Source: Nemertoderma westbladi
Lineage: Eukaryota > Animalia > Xenacoelomorpha
Reading direction: 5' to 3'
Assembly: GCA_032718475.1 (NCBI GenBank)
Contig: JAUCBJ010008921.1
Coordinates: forward strand, 1-62,680
DNA: 62,680 nt
A model generated the notes under the pieces. The model saw only the letters and a program-made list of their open reading frames with translations, was not told where the DNA came from and did not search any database. Of this stretch, positions 37,501 through 44,000 are shown piece after piece (the stretch's first letter is position 1; each line of letters starts with the position of its first letter). The position numbers were made by a program, and so were the translations under genes.

Positions 37501-39851
37501 GGCCTTACTGCTACTCAATCGATGCCATTCCCCCCTCTGATTGGTTAATACCCTTGTTGGCGCCCCGTGGAGTATTCCCGTTCACTCCACCTGTTCTCTC
37601 TGGGTTAGGGGTTTGGCCCCTGACCCTCTATTGTGTGCTTCCTTCCCACTCTTATTGGGATGGCACGAGTTGGTTAATTGCCCAATCTCGTGGCTCCCAA
37701 TATTGCTTATCGGCTTACAACTTTATGGGGTGTTGGCGGGATTGAATAAGCTAACAGGATTTATTACGCTTTTCCCTTTCTAAAGATTTAATGCTACCTG
37801 GAAAGTAACGATCAAATATTATATACGTTTCATGATGGTGTTCAGCTACTGTATGTGTATATTTGCTGCAGTAGGCATCACAAAAAGCGGCTACAGATAA
37901 CTTGTTGGTCCAATTAATATTGTATAGCGAAGCATTTCCATCAACTAGTTCCAAATCAACAGGGGGGAGTGGGTTGGCCCCATTTACTGCCAGAGAAACC
38001 ATATCAGATTTCTTTCCGGAACGTAATTCACCATACTCATTGAATAGTGATGGAGGTAATGGCCGCATAGTTCATAGCTAAACAATTCTAACAAATCAAT
38101 ATTGCGTTTCTGTGAGACAATCATATAATAGATATAAGATATAATCTCAATACATAGATATAATACATAGATACATAGATACACTATATAATACATGGAT
38201 ATAATCTCTCCATATCATAGGTCTTGCAACCATGTTTGCCACGTGTGGGTTTCAAATCCATAGTTAAAACTGAGCGTGTTACTATCTGGTAGAAACCATT
38301 TGGGAGAGTTGATTTGAATGCCCTTGCCGACTCCAACTCCAACTGTACGGCATTATCGACATTGACTTCTGGTGGAGCTATACGACCATTCACAATATTG
38401 ATCAACTCATTAGTATTATTAAAGCCAAATGGATCCCTGCACTTTTTTAATGTTCGAAGTATACTGAATCTATCACCGGCATCAAGATGCCGCCGCTTAG
38501 TGCCTTCCTCTTTATGTTAAGGCCGCGTTCACACTTACCGAGTCAAAGTCAAAGTCAAGGTCAAAATAAAATAAATATATCTAGCTAGCAATCATAAATA
38601 ATAATACATTATATAGGCCTAATATAATACATAAGGGGATTCTAGAAAAAATTTAATTTCATGTTTTGTGATTTACATTTTGTCTTTTGACTTTGACTTT
38701 GACTCGGTAGTGTGAACGCGGCCTTAAATCACCTTCAAGATTTTCATCATCCTCCACTAACCCAGAATCAAACATGTTATCCACACCCAAGGCAAACATA
38801 TTGCCTATGTGGTGGGATAACACCCAAATGGTCGACTGTTCTTGGAACAGAGTTTTCCCCTTCAATCCACCAAGTGACTTCCCCTTTCTTATGTTTTTAC
38901 TTTTTGCTTATTCTGGAATATTTTAGAAATTTCAATTTAGCTAAATTCATTTTCAACACAACTAAAACTGCTACCAACCATAAAAAACACTAGCTATGTA
39001 AAATACAAAACAAGTTACGTAATATTATTTTTTGATTTTATGAATAAATCTGCCGCTGTGTGCTACTAGCTATATCAATTTCAATAGATAAGACTAATCA
39101 CCAATAAAGTGTGTGTGTAAACCAAGTTAAATTACGAGGCGGTAGGCAATATATAAACGAAGCGGTTAACGAAACGGCGGTGAACAATAAATAAAACAAA
39201 CGTGCATGGGGGTAGACCTACATACCGTTAAAAGATTTGCAAAATATGGGTAATCAAAGCTTTCATACAGTATCATAGCTAAGTATACAGCAATTACAGT
39301 ATATCCAGATCTAAACATATACAGATATACGTAGTTGTTTATCTCTGTTCTAGAACACTTAATTGAATTACTCCAGTAACAAACGTTTATAATTTAATGT
39401 AATTTTTGGAATAGGTTGACTAATTTGCACTTGTATTTTATGCTGTAAAAAAAATTCCCCAAGGTATCCCAACTGGCACCCGGTGAATATTTACATTATT
39501 ATTATCAGGGAAGACATTGAGAAAATAAAATTGCGTGATGACCCAAGTTCACGGTCCTCCCTTGAGCTCTATTGAGCGTCTACTGGACTAAAAATATGTT
39601 GTTCTACATCTAATTTTCTCATGTAAACATTTCGTATCTAAAACTTACAACCTAAACGTAATTTTATCATGTTTTCGTTTACCAGAACATAAATCAGTTA
39701 TCTATTAAATCTTAAATCCTGCTTATACTAACGCCAAACGTTCAGCCTCCTTTACAAGCAACTCTTCATCTTTCTTAATCACATATTTTAATTGTTCTTT
39801 CTCTTCCTCGGTGAGGGTCCCATCTGTTAGAATCTCATCAATAGGATCCAT
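1348..39851 (-). CDS. Synaptotagmin-like protein (Slp4/Slp5/bitesize-type Rab effector), spliced CDS. Exons: 39733-39851, 23889-24013, 23176-23293, 16847-16959, 16199-16369, 14709-15160, 13527-13764, 11007-11215, 3136-3419, 1957-2091, 1348(or 1405)-1534
   Basis: All ten introns are GT..AG with compatible phases. The joined protein (716 aa if it ends at 1348) has SHD1 (LTEEEKEQLKYVIKKDEELLVKEAERL), a FYVE-like Zn finger, SHD2 (KAQSGEWF), a Ser-rich linker, SLVSVYS and a Slp-type C2A domain. Exact orthologue not determined. Confidence 0.9.
1957..2091 (-). CDS. Slp-like gene, coding exon 10 (C2A core)
   Basis: gtttttcag|G..., YIKVFLLPDTFKSGKRTTKARKGTTNPMFDEIVKY, donor AG|GTAGGG. Confidence 0.92.
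2314..3126. repeat. Minisatellite, 20-bp unit ACTGAGTTAGAATATGTTTC, about 40 copies, intronic
   Basis: Directly visible tandem array. Confidence 0.98.
3136..3419 (-). CDS. Slp-like gene, coding exon 9 (SLVSVYS and start of C2A)
   Basis: ctgtatcag|GAC ... GATCC|GTTAGT; DVQGELLYGLEYNDEKTTILIHIKSCRGL...PDP. Confidence 0.9.
4481..9103. repeat. Tandem array, 51-bp unit GGGGATTGGATAGTTTGATTAGGGGACCCTACATACCTTAACTACACTAAA, about 90 copies, intronic
   Basis: Directly visible; near-identical units with recurring variants. Confidence 0.98.
11007..11215 (-). CDS. Slp-like gene, coding exon 8 (linker)
   Basis: tcccctatcag|CC ... CCT|GTAAGT; phase 1-0; within ORF 10995-11294. Confidence 0.75.
11330..13380 (-). 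mobile_element. Decayed, rearranged non-LTR retrotransposon (RTE-like) RT fragments
   Basis: Minus-strand remnants LRGNQNGFRKRRGTMEPIL, FKAYDSVSR, YGISEEII and TGTRSRGNPAKYLSDL. A second NGFWKNRSTIAQILTLRRL / FKKAFDSIHRGKM piece lies at ~12650-12850. Many stops and frameshifts. Confidence 0.8.
13527..13764 (-). CDS. Slp-like gene, coding exon 7 (linker)
   Basis: ttttattgtag|GGT ... GCAG|GTGAGA; open frame GNEIEDRTNTE...KKTTKKA; phase 0-1. Confidence 0.75.
14709..15160 (-). CDS. Slp-like gene, coding exon 6 (linker)
   Basis: ttttgcag|CT ... ATG|GTAGGG; higher-GC open frame within ORF 14694-15182; phases fit both neighbours. Confidence 0.78.
16199..16369 (-). CDS. Slp-like gene, coding exon 5 (Ser/Pro/Arg-rich linker)
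   Basis: ttctcgcag| ... CAG|GTGAGT; 171 nt, phase 1-1. Reads GIPGTPRSRTPSRTPSPIYSSTGNL..., a different frame from the listed ORF. Confidence 0.78.
16847..16959 (-). CDS. Slp-like gene, coding exon 4 (SHD2, SGEWF)
   Basis: tttccag|A..., KLKAQSGEWFYSKVREKLRSNEIHGSYVIKKSIRRAE, donor G|GTAAGA. Confidence 0.9.
17721..17955. repeat. Three tandem copies of an 82-bp unit, part of a dispersed repeat with a relative at ~16570-16750
   Basis: gagaccataatttcc... starts at 17721, 17803 and 17885. The motifs gaaaatagtgatc, aaattgaccgcaa, aacaccgccact and tttgcggtcattttgcgccatt are shared between 16570-16750 and 17750-18250. Confidence 0.85.
18655..22895. repeat. Tandem array, 30-bp unit CCGGATACTTTACCAACACTATTCCAGTAG, about 140 copies, intronic
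   Basis: Directly visible; 31- and 29-bp variants at 20590-21480 break the frames. Confidence 0.98.
23176..23293 (-). CDS. Slp-like gene, coding exon 3 (Zn finger)
   Basis: gttttag|GT..., DVCKVCGKKVCKDCQ...WACKLCASK, donor AT|GTAAGT. Confidence 0.88.
23889..24013 (-). CDS. Slp-like gene, coding exon 2 (start of Zn finger)
   Basis: gttttag|G..., CLKVEYQAVRRSSVHQLVGVEPVVEKMCYRCLAQFGWIFNRG, donor G|GTGAGA. Not in the supplied ORF track. Confidence 0.85.
24794..25750 (-). pseudogene. Academ protein remnant, C-terminal part (XPG-like H3TH motif and Cys8/CXC finger), frameshifted
   Basis: ORFs 25294-25686 (HEEAN..., EDTDIFVL, HALSGCDTVS) and 24794-25384 (LPPTQSAAVQHVKRARLQVLLW, FGW, CNCKSVSACSSNRCGCSIAALPCTTICTC) overlap in different frames. 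Confidence 0.8.
25752..26289 (-). repeat. 3' LTR (538 bp)
   Basis: Direct repeat of 37219-37756; no mismatch noticed by eye; preceded on the minus strand by the PPT. Confidence 0.97.
26290..26298 (-). other. Polypurine tract (GGGGGGGAG) of the LTR element
   Basis: Abuts the TGTTAG start of the 3' LTR on the minus strand. Confidence 0.85.
27001..29544 (-). CDS. Retroelement accessory ORF: DEDDy-type 3'-5' exonuclease-like domain, acidic linker, three CCHC zinc knuckles (first ATG at 29535)
   Basis: Uninterrupted 847-codon frame. ExoI-like MILDDEG, LLHLAAPNGDIFLFDL, LPKAVQVLVREKSTTKVGSAIREDAERI (ExoII), LLDMQ, LLGLVCHKP and YQKRYILQED (ExoIII-like). Knuckles: CDYCGRQTHQESSC, CLYCREPSHRMGAC, CPKCHFRGHYGREC. 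Confidence 0.8.
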   Translation of the reverse strand: MFGMASKLIRKRKAESGGKEILVDFTERHPEEKTRGYYERLERGHAARALQDHFQEAHEQRLVGTYGTPSLDNAIFQHFHYVVKGDEAKFGIPKYPRESPRKDWKRFIESVNRGGYMILDDEGTVEDEAGSRRGTAGSARTILLHLAAPNGDIFLFDLGTYGKKDGPKLDRLPKAVQVLVREKSTTKVGSAIREDAERIIGPDATNLLDMQKVFMAMTAPHGLGVVENSGQCGAVAMGQLLGLVCHKPMDWGKFREEYGAELANSLKWGARPGKQEVYQFRRGAIKVYQKRYILQEDWMMISLLNLFMTVVIEREPGAFLLSGSPLSYRRAFKTAFDGLVDHPGLKGESVYYNSRHLVDGETDTPYQRWEQLEMDRREAKRLEEVARRERIEAEEREEEARTQSYGFEEQAGLDELHWTSSGSSGESLGRELGWTVGTPKQSTSGLHAMPIPAGAEGDQPPRKLRELEGWRATGESQGGKGHSGSIGIPGLETLPEEEDDGDEFGEMPPIERIGHSDTDWVGGRVVTASGARAFWNRSGKRTWVHEGPAMDFAGSTIRLGEQPGTAPRIVFGETMPERGGEIDVNRESNVEKFAYQRLHRPRRSLGTKDEVGRETLVLGCDYCGRQTHQESSCLYRFQRGTFCLYCREPSHRMGACPRLHNRCPKCHFRGHYGRECDWMSDEEKFTRFEEWADVGAMMRQRMKAQEFKWGFFLINQETHMEIIKRRLPFTYQEVATAASFAGVMNTQRYLDRWTPENRREFRDFLAEHVPKAMKMILWDATRGRQPGHSEGPPAKRYRALITPAPKEPTTGISKEVAAKVRKQKADDARGAMITKKRAREEDVRRNR
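30045..31118. repeat. Tandem array inside the LTR element, ~66-bp composite unit built from GGTACTACGTACC palindromes and CTAACT hexamers
   Basis: The unit ggtactacgtaccctctaactctaactctaactaggtactacgtacctactaactctctaactatc recurs at 30221, 30287, 30353 and onward, with degenerate edges. Confidence 0.95.
31275..35642 (-). CDS. BEL/Pao Gag-protease ORF with internally deleted pol (listed ORF 31275-35501; frame open up to 35642)
   Basis: DUF1759-like Gag (IELPPVEPFKFDGSRPEEYLQF...LKYLQVYTGGPA...AWRALDREYGHP), Cys/His knuckles (CQLHANALHKTMNC, CSRCVKSGHKAREC), aspartic protease LVDSGAAFT and BEL-type AILTPFGWMLSGP. No YxDD RT, RNase H or DDE integrase core seen. Confidence 0.88.
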   Translation of the reverse strand, partial: QGPHDRPKTGVTVRAGGGNNNNGTVDVVDINSTVWDNANQTFITGNTLPSGSNLNLNQNNPSVNVENNPNIDVVTQNSSNNQNNNSNSDLQNNLNNAITQNNSNNSNNDLSPNLQNNSDNVVAQNNTNDFVSNERINSVSNMGAINVNTSGLRNQGAEGLVGHVVSRQGAEGLVGHVVSRQGAEGLVGHVVGRQGVEGLVGHAIAEGEAGVNGPDRSRVDVSTREVYNSGERGSEVRCSEWGGATSTPQQKVSGERGGAESVPQPSADNARAEQGKPQQPATESNRGIASIPSDVRSSRERQVDVAGGQTERRARSEEERRTVGFNREVDERSREREYSTDRRREEESSRSIAAKDRRARTDSEPSVVEMRTESQWGRTPGDCRRPGGMRSGETHYTPREGYAMYRYEDENSGEGGRRETFRRNILTDREYGNRGEDYSRRINFDPEQHMQTVGHTVGLTAHTVGHTERGNVGDRIARTTGLNPEVAEYIPASRPEADRPIPVPAQQYDYSMQGHNIYPGEGGIIADRCMGPNILTSTPVPDIPVGGGQGDIPPSQYQQYTPMVARTTRPLDENRSCDTDIWRGPLPPMTYLSQRRSRNRTDEPHQTGETIQHPSNPLEAQAMGMATLIDALKTRIELPPVEPFKFDGSRPEEYLQFRRMYSNEILTKNLTQAECLKYLQVYTGGPAYDIVRQYQGIEGGFTTAWRALDREYGHPAKIIRQTLRGITSGGLQDNPVSIKTFANKVEKALIVLKTLDAPYELNASNNITTIAQALPSWLRNKWRKIAFSTRDKKGAEPGLEEMSNFLNYEAELITDPVYSEDSLGKGPKTDYHRPKPEHNTSNALPRLRQSLPYAATQGTASPQTNEDKTTSRDGQGNNNNMNKHNPSTSSRPNPVNKNSRDFGTNITAIRNALYKEGYDPKSKCQLHANALHKTMNCRYWQALPRQDQIDYVSSNKICSRCVKSGHKARECQEKPVKFGQRRGQTMATSTIGAKKRGTVLLGVVPVRVIGEGNRSVTTLMLVDSGAAFTLVEEWVAEEIGLRTRPSRMSVTTISSKDEILEMRTGRCAIAAVAPGCDYGATIDPIQVIESININARRPTNIEVEQYKFLDDIDFSIPDVDVRKVSIIVGMDCPTAHERMKTVFGEDKQSDPVAILTPFGWMLSGPIKSNIPFHVSESSGCMVPGTDEIEERPEMGNSGRQLKVEATPREWAEENGMDAGDLETMGWNKGPSKYRYGDGEERTVECREDKPEKCPVECPEERPEETPVRLRGIPTRGKPSKNTRWKGRRCETTRPGAEKPMNKHMVDKGGGRVGGVLRTHAELTECEGALHGQASCIPKDERGSLKPLMPAHILRGRPAEVASKIKEKNRGGIIPPGDTLKGGTLPPRDDHEIRNINRRQHFQKQEKRPPIELTRRAERRIREPIGGQWESCLLEESPLGSLSCPTGWTGMEELDP
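35725..37140 (-). CDS. LTR element ORF1, 471 aa, charged/coiled-coil; probably the N-terminal part of Gag
   Basis: ATG 78 nt after the 5' LTR, a long E/R/K heptad-like tract and an internal 37-aa duplication; ends at TGA 35725-35727. Confidence 0.7.
   Translation of the reverse strand: MSESGETPTRTPDEDLTIREAATKRYRPTTPEPSITGEPEAQDEEGLEPEVEPRERESETEGEGDESTRDGERRADVAGQLPAEGDERPTETATVGPTVRRRTRRDGGEIGTDVAGQLQAEGDGQPTRTATVEPPVRRRTRRDGGEVGDEDVGVSERLRRAYNATRKLISDAKKEGAKVDEVRLRKRLGESDRHLNYLIRFGQRELAGERAERIAGELFELWECGSMEPSVAPVYIGPYLVDARGVKPVGWRGLEGGESEVNPEDSASSVGESSGRPGKVSRSGKRGKSVVTDKSVTSSAKERVVREIGAAYRLDVAEQGQKEMEERLEEGRARLAREAALIKENGERVERALRSLRESDEIEEKECREREAREERERRECEAREDEERKEREARREKERKEYEARKEKERKEREARRRENARSVVESARRDSQESEERGAKAERELRELEKRQGVSAKNKIRRAHELELV
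37219..37756 (-). repeat. 5' LTR (538 bp)
   Basis: Direct repeat of 25752-26289, upstream of the minus-strand ORFs. Confidence 0.97.
37757..38860 (-). pseudogene. Academ protein remnant, upstream part, fragmented
   Basis: LINIVNGRIAPPEVNVDNAV, LFSYEL/PLPPSLFNEYGELRSGKKSD, LVDGNASLY and IIFDRYFPGSIKSLEREKR; continues across the LTR insertion into 25750. Confidence 0.75.
38521..38723. mobile_element. MITE (203 bp) inserted in the Academ remnant
   Basis: TIRs GGCCGCGTTCACACT(T)ACCGAGTCAAAGTCAAAGTCAA at both ends, flanked by TTAA on both sides; superfamily not assigned. Confidence 0.9.
39733..39851 (-). CDS. Slp-like gene, first coding exon (SHD1 Rab-binding helix)
   Basis: Acceptor ttgtgttacag before 39861, ATG at 39851, MDPIDEILTDGTLTEEEKEQLKYVIKKDEELLVKEAERLA, donor GC|GTTAGT (phase 2). 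Confidence 0.85.
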
Positions 39852-40176
39852 TGCCACACAGCTGTAACACAAATAAAATGTATATAGTACCTCAAGCATT
39901 AAAGAGAAATTGTCGCTTAACTGAAATACGACACACAGCAAACCCGAAGGCTCATCTTCTTTCTAGGTTGGACATGTGCAACGTATGTACTTATTTATTA
40001 TATTGTATATTGTCGGTGTCTTTTACATAACACTTATTACTCTATTTCTTTAAGTATTTAAGTGCACAATTAAATAAATTGGAGATGAGCTGTTGCAACT
40101 GTAATTAATGATGTAATGTAAATGGTTTTGTTCAGAAGTGGAAAAAATGAGAAAGCGCGTCACCGGGGGTTGAACC

Positions 40177-40222
40177 AGCGCTATACGTACGTTTCGGCCT
40201 AACAGGCCTCATCAGTAGTGCT
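40177..40222 (-). ncRNA. Minimal type I hammerhead ribozyme motif
   Basis: Minus strand reads AGCACUA-CUGAUGA-GGCC(UGUUA)GGCC-GAAAC(GUAC)GU-A-UAGCGCU. It has the full catalytic core, a 4-bp stem II, a short palindromic stem III, a 6/7-paired stem I and a GUA cleavage triplet. Confidence 0.88.
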
Positions 40223-40627
40223 AACCAGATCAGCCACTAGCCCCTGACACTCACACTCCCACCTAATCCACTTCTATTGAACAGGCAGTCTTAAGTTGCA
40301 TGTTTAAGTGCACAATGGCAGGCATAGCTTGTCTCGTCCGCTGACTTTGGTCTCTTTTAATTATCAGTTGATGCTGTTTAGTACATAACTGCCTTCAGTC
40401 CAGCATGCTGGCTGAAGTTTTACTATATAGAAGTTGCCCAAAATGTGTATTCCGATCTTTATCAATTTATCATAGCTGTAACAGTCTACCTTACAGTATC
40501 AAATATAGTGCGGCACGGTTTTACATGTTAGAACTCGCCATTCCCCTCCAGAACTCTACCCGGTAATATCCCCCTATGCTTGAATGCTTTTATCATCCCA
40601 TACGAAATGAGGCAAAGTAGATCCATG

Positions 40628-41006
40628 TCAGAACTTAGATGGCAGAACATGGCAGAACTTAGATGGCAGAACTTAGATGGCGGAACATGGTAGAACTTAG
40701 ATGGCAGAACTTAGATGGCGGAACATGGTAGAACTTAGATGGCAGAACTTAGATGGCGGAACATGGTAGAACTTAGATGGCAGAACATGGCAAAACTTAG
40801 ATGGCAGAACATGGCAGAACTTAGATGGCAGAACATGGTAGAACTTAGATGGCAGAACATGGCAGAACTTAGATGGCAGAACTTAGATGGCGGAACATGG
40901 TAGAACTTAGATGGCAGAACATGGCAAAACTTAGATGGCAGAACATGGCAGAACTTAGATGGCAGAACATGGTAGAACTTAGATGGCAGAACATGGCAAA
41001 ACTTAG
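40628..41006. repeat. Composite minisatellite of 14-bp (AGAACTTAGATGGC) and 10-bp (AGAACATGGC) units
   Basis: Directly visible. Confidence 0.95.
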
Positions 41007-44000
41007 TATTTATTCGTTTTCGTTTGTAGCCCAGTCCATTTACTATCTGTAGGATAGAGAGGACATGTGTGTTCTTCCTTGGGATGAGTTCTATATGACA
41101 CAGGTAATGTCGATAAACGAGGAATGAATGGTATGAATGCCAAATTTTGGAAAGTTACAAATGATTATCAGCTTAGTGTTTACCCAAGCAAAAAGGGGGT
41201 AAGGTAAATTATCCTCGAGGTGCCAAGGCCAACCCCAATTAAATCAGGACATTGCCTCATCACCACATTTCCTTAGCAGTGCTAATTAGAGAGGTTAATA
41301 TTGTTCGAAACAATAAAGTTTGTTTCCAAATATCCCGTTCTCCCAGTGGCAATATAATGTTCGATTGACTATAAGATTGGTTTAGTGTGGATATGCTCAT
41401 ATATTATCTTTAGTTTACACTCGCAGCCCATCCAGGGGTAGTGGGTTCCTGGCTGGTGCTGGTGAAGTAAAGTAAAGTGTTGGAGAATGTGACTACCATT
41501 GGAGGAACAACCTTGGAGGTAGAGTGTGCCTTAAGGTACATTACAAAGAAAGAGAAGAGGCCCCCGGGTTGATCCGTTGATTGGTGTTTTTGAGTGGACT
41601 TTTATATTAATATAATATTTTTGATAATTAACTAATATATTTTAGTATAACGATCTTAACTTAATGTTAATACATAACGGAAGTTAATGTTAATATGTCC
41701 AAAAAATTACACGTAAGGTAAAATAATATTCATTCAATCAAATTCATGTTTATGTATTAATCTTAATTATGTGAACATAATTTGTGCGTGCAGAAATCAG
41801 AGCACCTGAGTAGGTCCTTAAAACTTATAATTTCATGCTGGGCATCAAGGTGTTCTATGTGAGCCCAGCAATGAGATGTTCAAAAATGAAGTAATAATAA
41901 ATATACTATGTTTGAGGAAATATATTTTGTAGTCGGGTTAGTCTTGAAAGTTATATGGGTAATTGGGTAATTACAATAAAGCACATTATATAGGAAATGA
42001 GAAATGACAAGCCATGTTGAATAAAATAGCTAGCTATCTGCCATTGTGTTTTAGAAAGTTATCATCCACACAGTGGAGTTGTACAGTCTAGTCAATCTAG
42101 CATAAAACCCAAAGAACTCAATCAATTCGAACCACATATTTTGCCCGAAAAATCGTCTATAAAATTTATGAGTAGATTCCATTGGGTCTTGTTCTTAAAC
42201 GAACAAAGTGTGTGTTCTTAGTAGAAAATTGTCTACCTCCTTGTCTCCTTGCCTCCTTACCCTGATCTCGACCATTACATTCTACGTAAATTTACACAAT
42301 ACAAGCGAAAGAAAGGATACAATAGGGAAGAATAATCAGCGAATTAGTAATTCCAGAATAATTCAATTAAGTACTCAATAAGCTGCCATTCATGGGGAAT
42401 GAATATAATGTACACTGAACTGCCGAACGTAAGTATTATATATTATTACAGCACGTTATCTATAAGGCGCATCCATTTTTAAAAATATCAAAATTTGCCC
42501 GATATTATTATAGCCCGATTTTAACCCTATTAACCCCCCCCCCCCCCCCCCCCGGGGGTGGGGGGGGGGGGGGGGTGTCAATATGACCTCCCGTGCTTTT
42601 TATTGTTTTAACTCTGAAAGAGTAGCAGTTGGGGATCTAAAATTTTATGACTTTTCCTAAAAATCTATTGTCATCCTAATAGTGAACGGTTTTCAAAAAC
42701 ATTGATAAGTTTTCGAGTTATAGCACCATTTTTTAACCCTACTTTTGGCACTTTTTTTGAGACGTTTTTGAAAATTAAACTTCATGAAATATGATTTGTA
42801 ACATCTCTATTTTTGATTTACACCTGTTTTTTGGTGTTTGTAATTAGATTGAATTCATATAAAATTTTTTTCGAAATTCCAAACTTGTTTTTTTTCGGTG
42901 ATGCCAAATTTTGGTGCCAGCACCAAATATTGAAATATGTCAATTTTGTAAATTGATTGTTTGAACCTGTGTTTTGCGCAATAGCGGTTTTTTGGGGTTC
43001 TGGTTTTGATAGAATATATACAAGTTGCACCAAGTCTGTCAAACTTGTATTTTTCGGCGCTGTGTGTAAATTTTGGTGCTAGCACGAAATTTTGGAAATC
43101 CATTCAATAGTTCAATGGATTGTGACAACTTATTTCTCTCATTTTAGAGCTTTATGGCGGTTCAGAATTAAATGGAAGAAAAAATTATCGAACTAGACAT
43201 CTCAAACTTGTATTTTTCGGAAGTGGGTGCAAAATGTTGTGCTAGCACTTAATTTTGAAACCCACCAAATATAACAATTGATTGTGTCGTATTTTTTGGC
43301 GTTGGGTGAAACTTTTTGTAGCAGCACCAATTTTTTGAAAATAGGAAAAATTGATCCATAGATAGTATTCATCTTGTTTCTTGTGATATACGGGTTTATG
43401 ATGGTCCTGAATCCGATGGAATCAATAAAAACCGCGCTGGACATCTCAAACTCGTAATTTTGGGTGATGGGTACGCAATTTGGTGCTAGCACCAAAATTT
43501 GCCATATTACGCCGCAAAATACGAGTAGCAATGATCTGAAAATGTATTCCATTACTGTAGAATCAGCGCGATATTTTGCAGGTGACTCTGGTTCTGGTCA
43601 CCTGGTCTATACAGGTGACGATCCACTGTGTGACTATGTAAAAACTGAGGCCTCTTTATAATACTAACAAAAATATTATCCAAAAACGAAAGGAGAATAG
43701 TGAATAATAATACTAAATATTTTCTGTGTCCGAAAGGTAAATGTTAATATAATAATCTAAATACCCCCCCCCCCCCCCCCCTCCTTCCCCTTTATTAAAT
43801 ATGTTTCCACCGTTCACCTGGACATGCCACTTTCTATGTCGAAATAACACTCGTCGTGGCGTAAAGCTCATAATTTGATTATTTATGAACATTGATTTAC
43901 AACGTAAATATTTGTTTTGTAGCACACAAAACACCTGTAATTTTTTGCAACTAATACACGAATCGTGTAATTTGTGTTGAAACAAACCATAAATTCAACC

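Larger units (their letters stand above)
25752..37756 (-). mobile_element. BEL/Pao-type LTR retrotransposon, non-autonomous (gag-protease only) with an extra exonuclease/zinc-knuckle ORF; 12,005 bp
   Basis: Two 538-bp direct repeats with TGT...ACA ends, a 5-bp TSD GGATT (25747-25751 and 37757-37761), a polypurine tract next to the left LTR on the minus strand, and BEL/Pao-type Gag and protease motifs. Confidence 0.95.
24165..39590 (-). mobile_element. Decayed Academ (XPG-nuclease type) DNA transposon, interrupted by an LTR element and a MITE
   Basis: Imperfect TIRs starting TAG (TAGTC.AG.TAGAC...ACCGTGA..TTGGGTCATCACGCA at 24165-24218; reverse complement at ~39525-39590), flanked by AAA on both sides. 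Coding remnants include DTDIFVL, LHALSGCDTVSYPYGKGKK and a C-terminal Cys8 cluster, the architecture I recall for Academ proteins. Confidence 0.8.
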
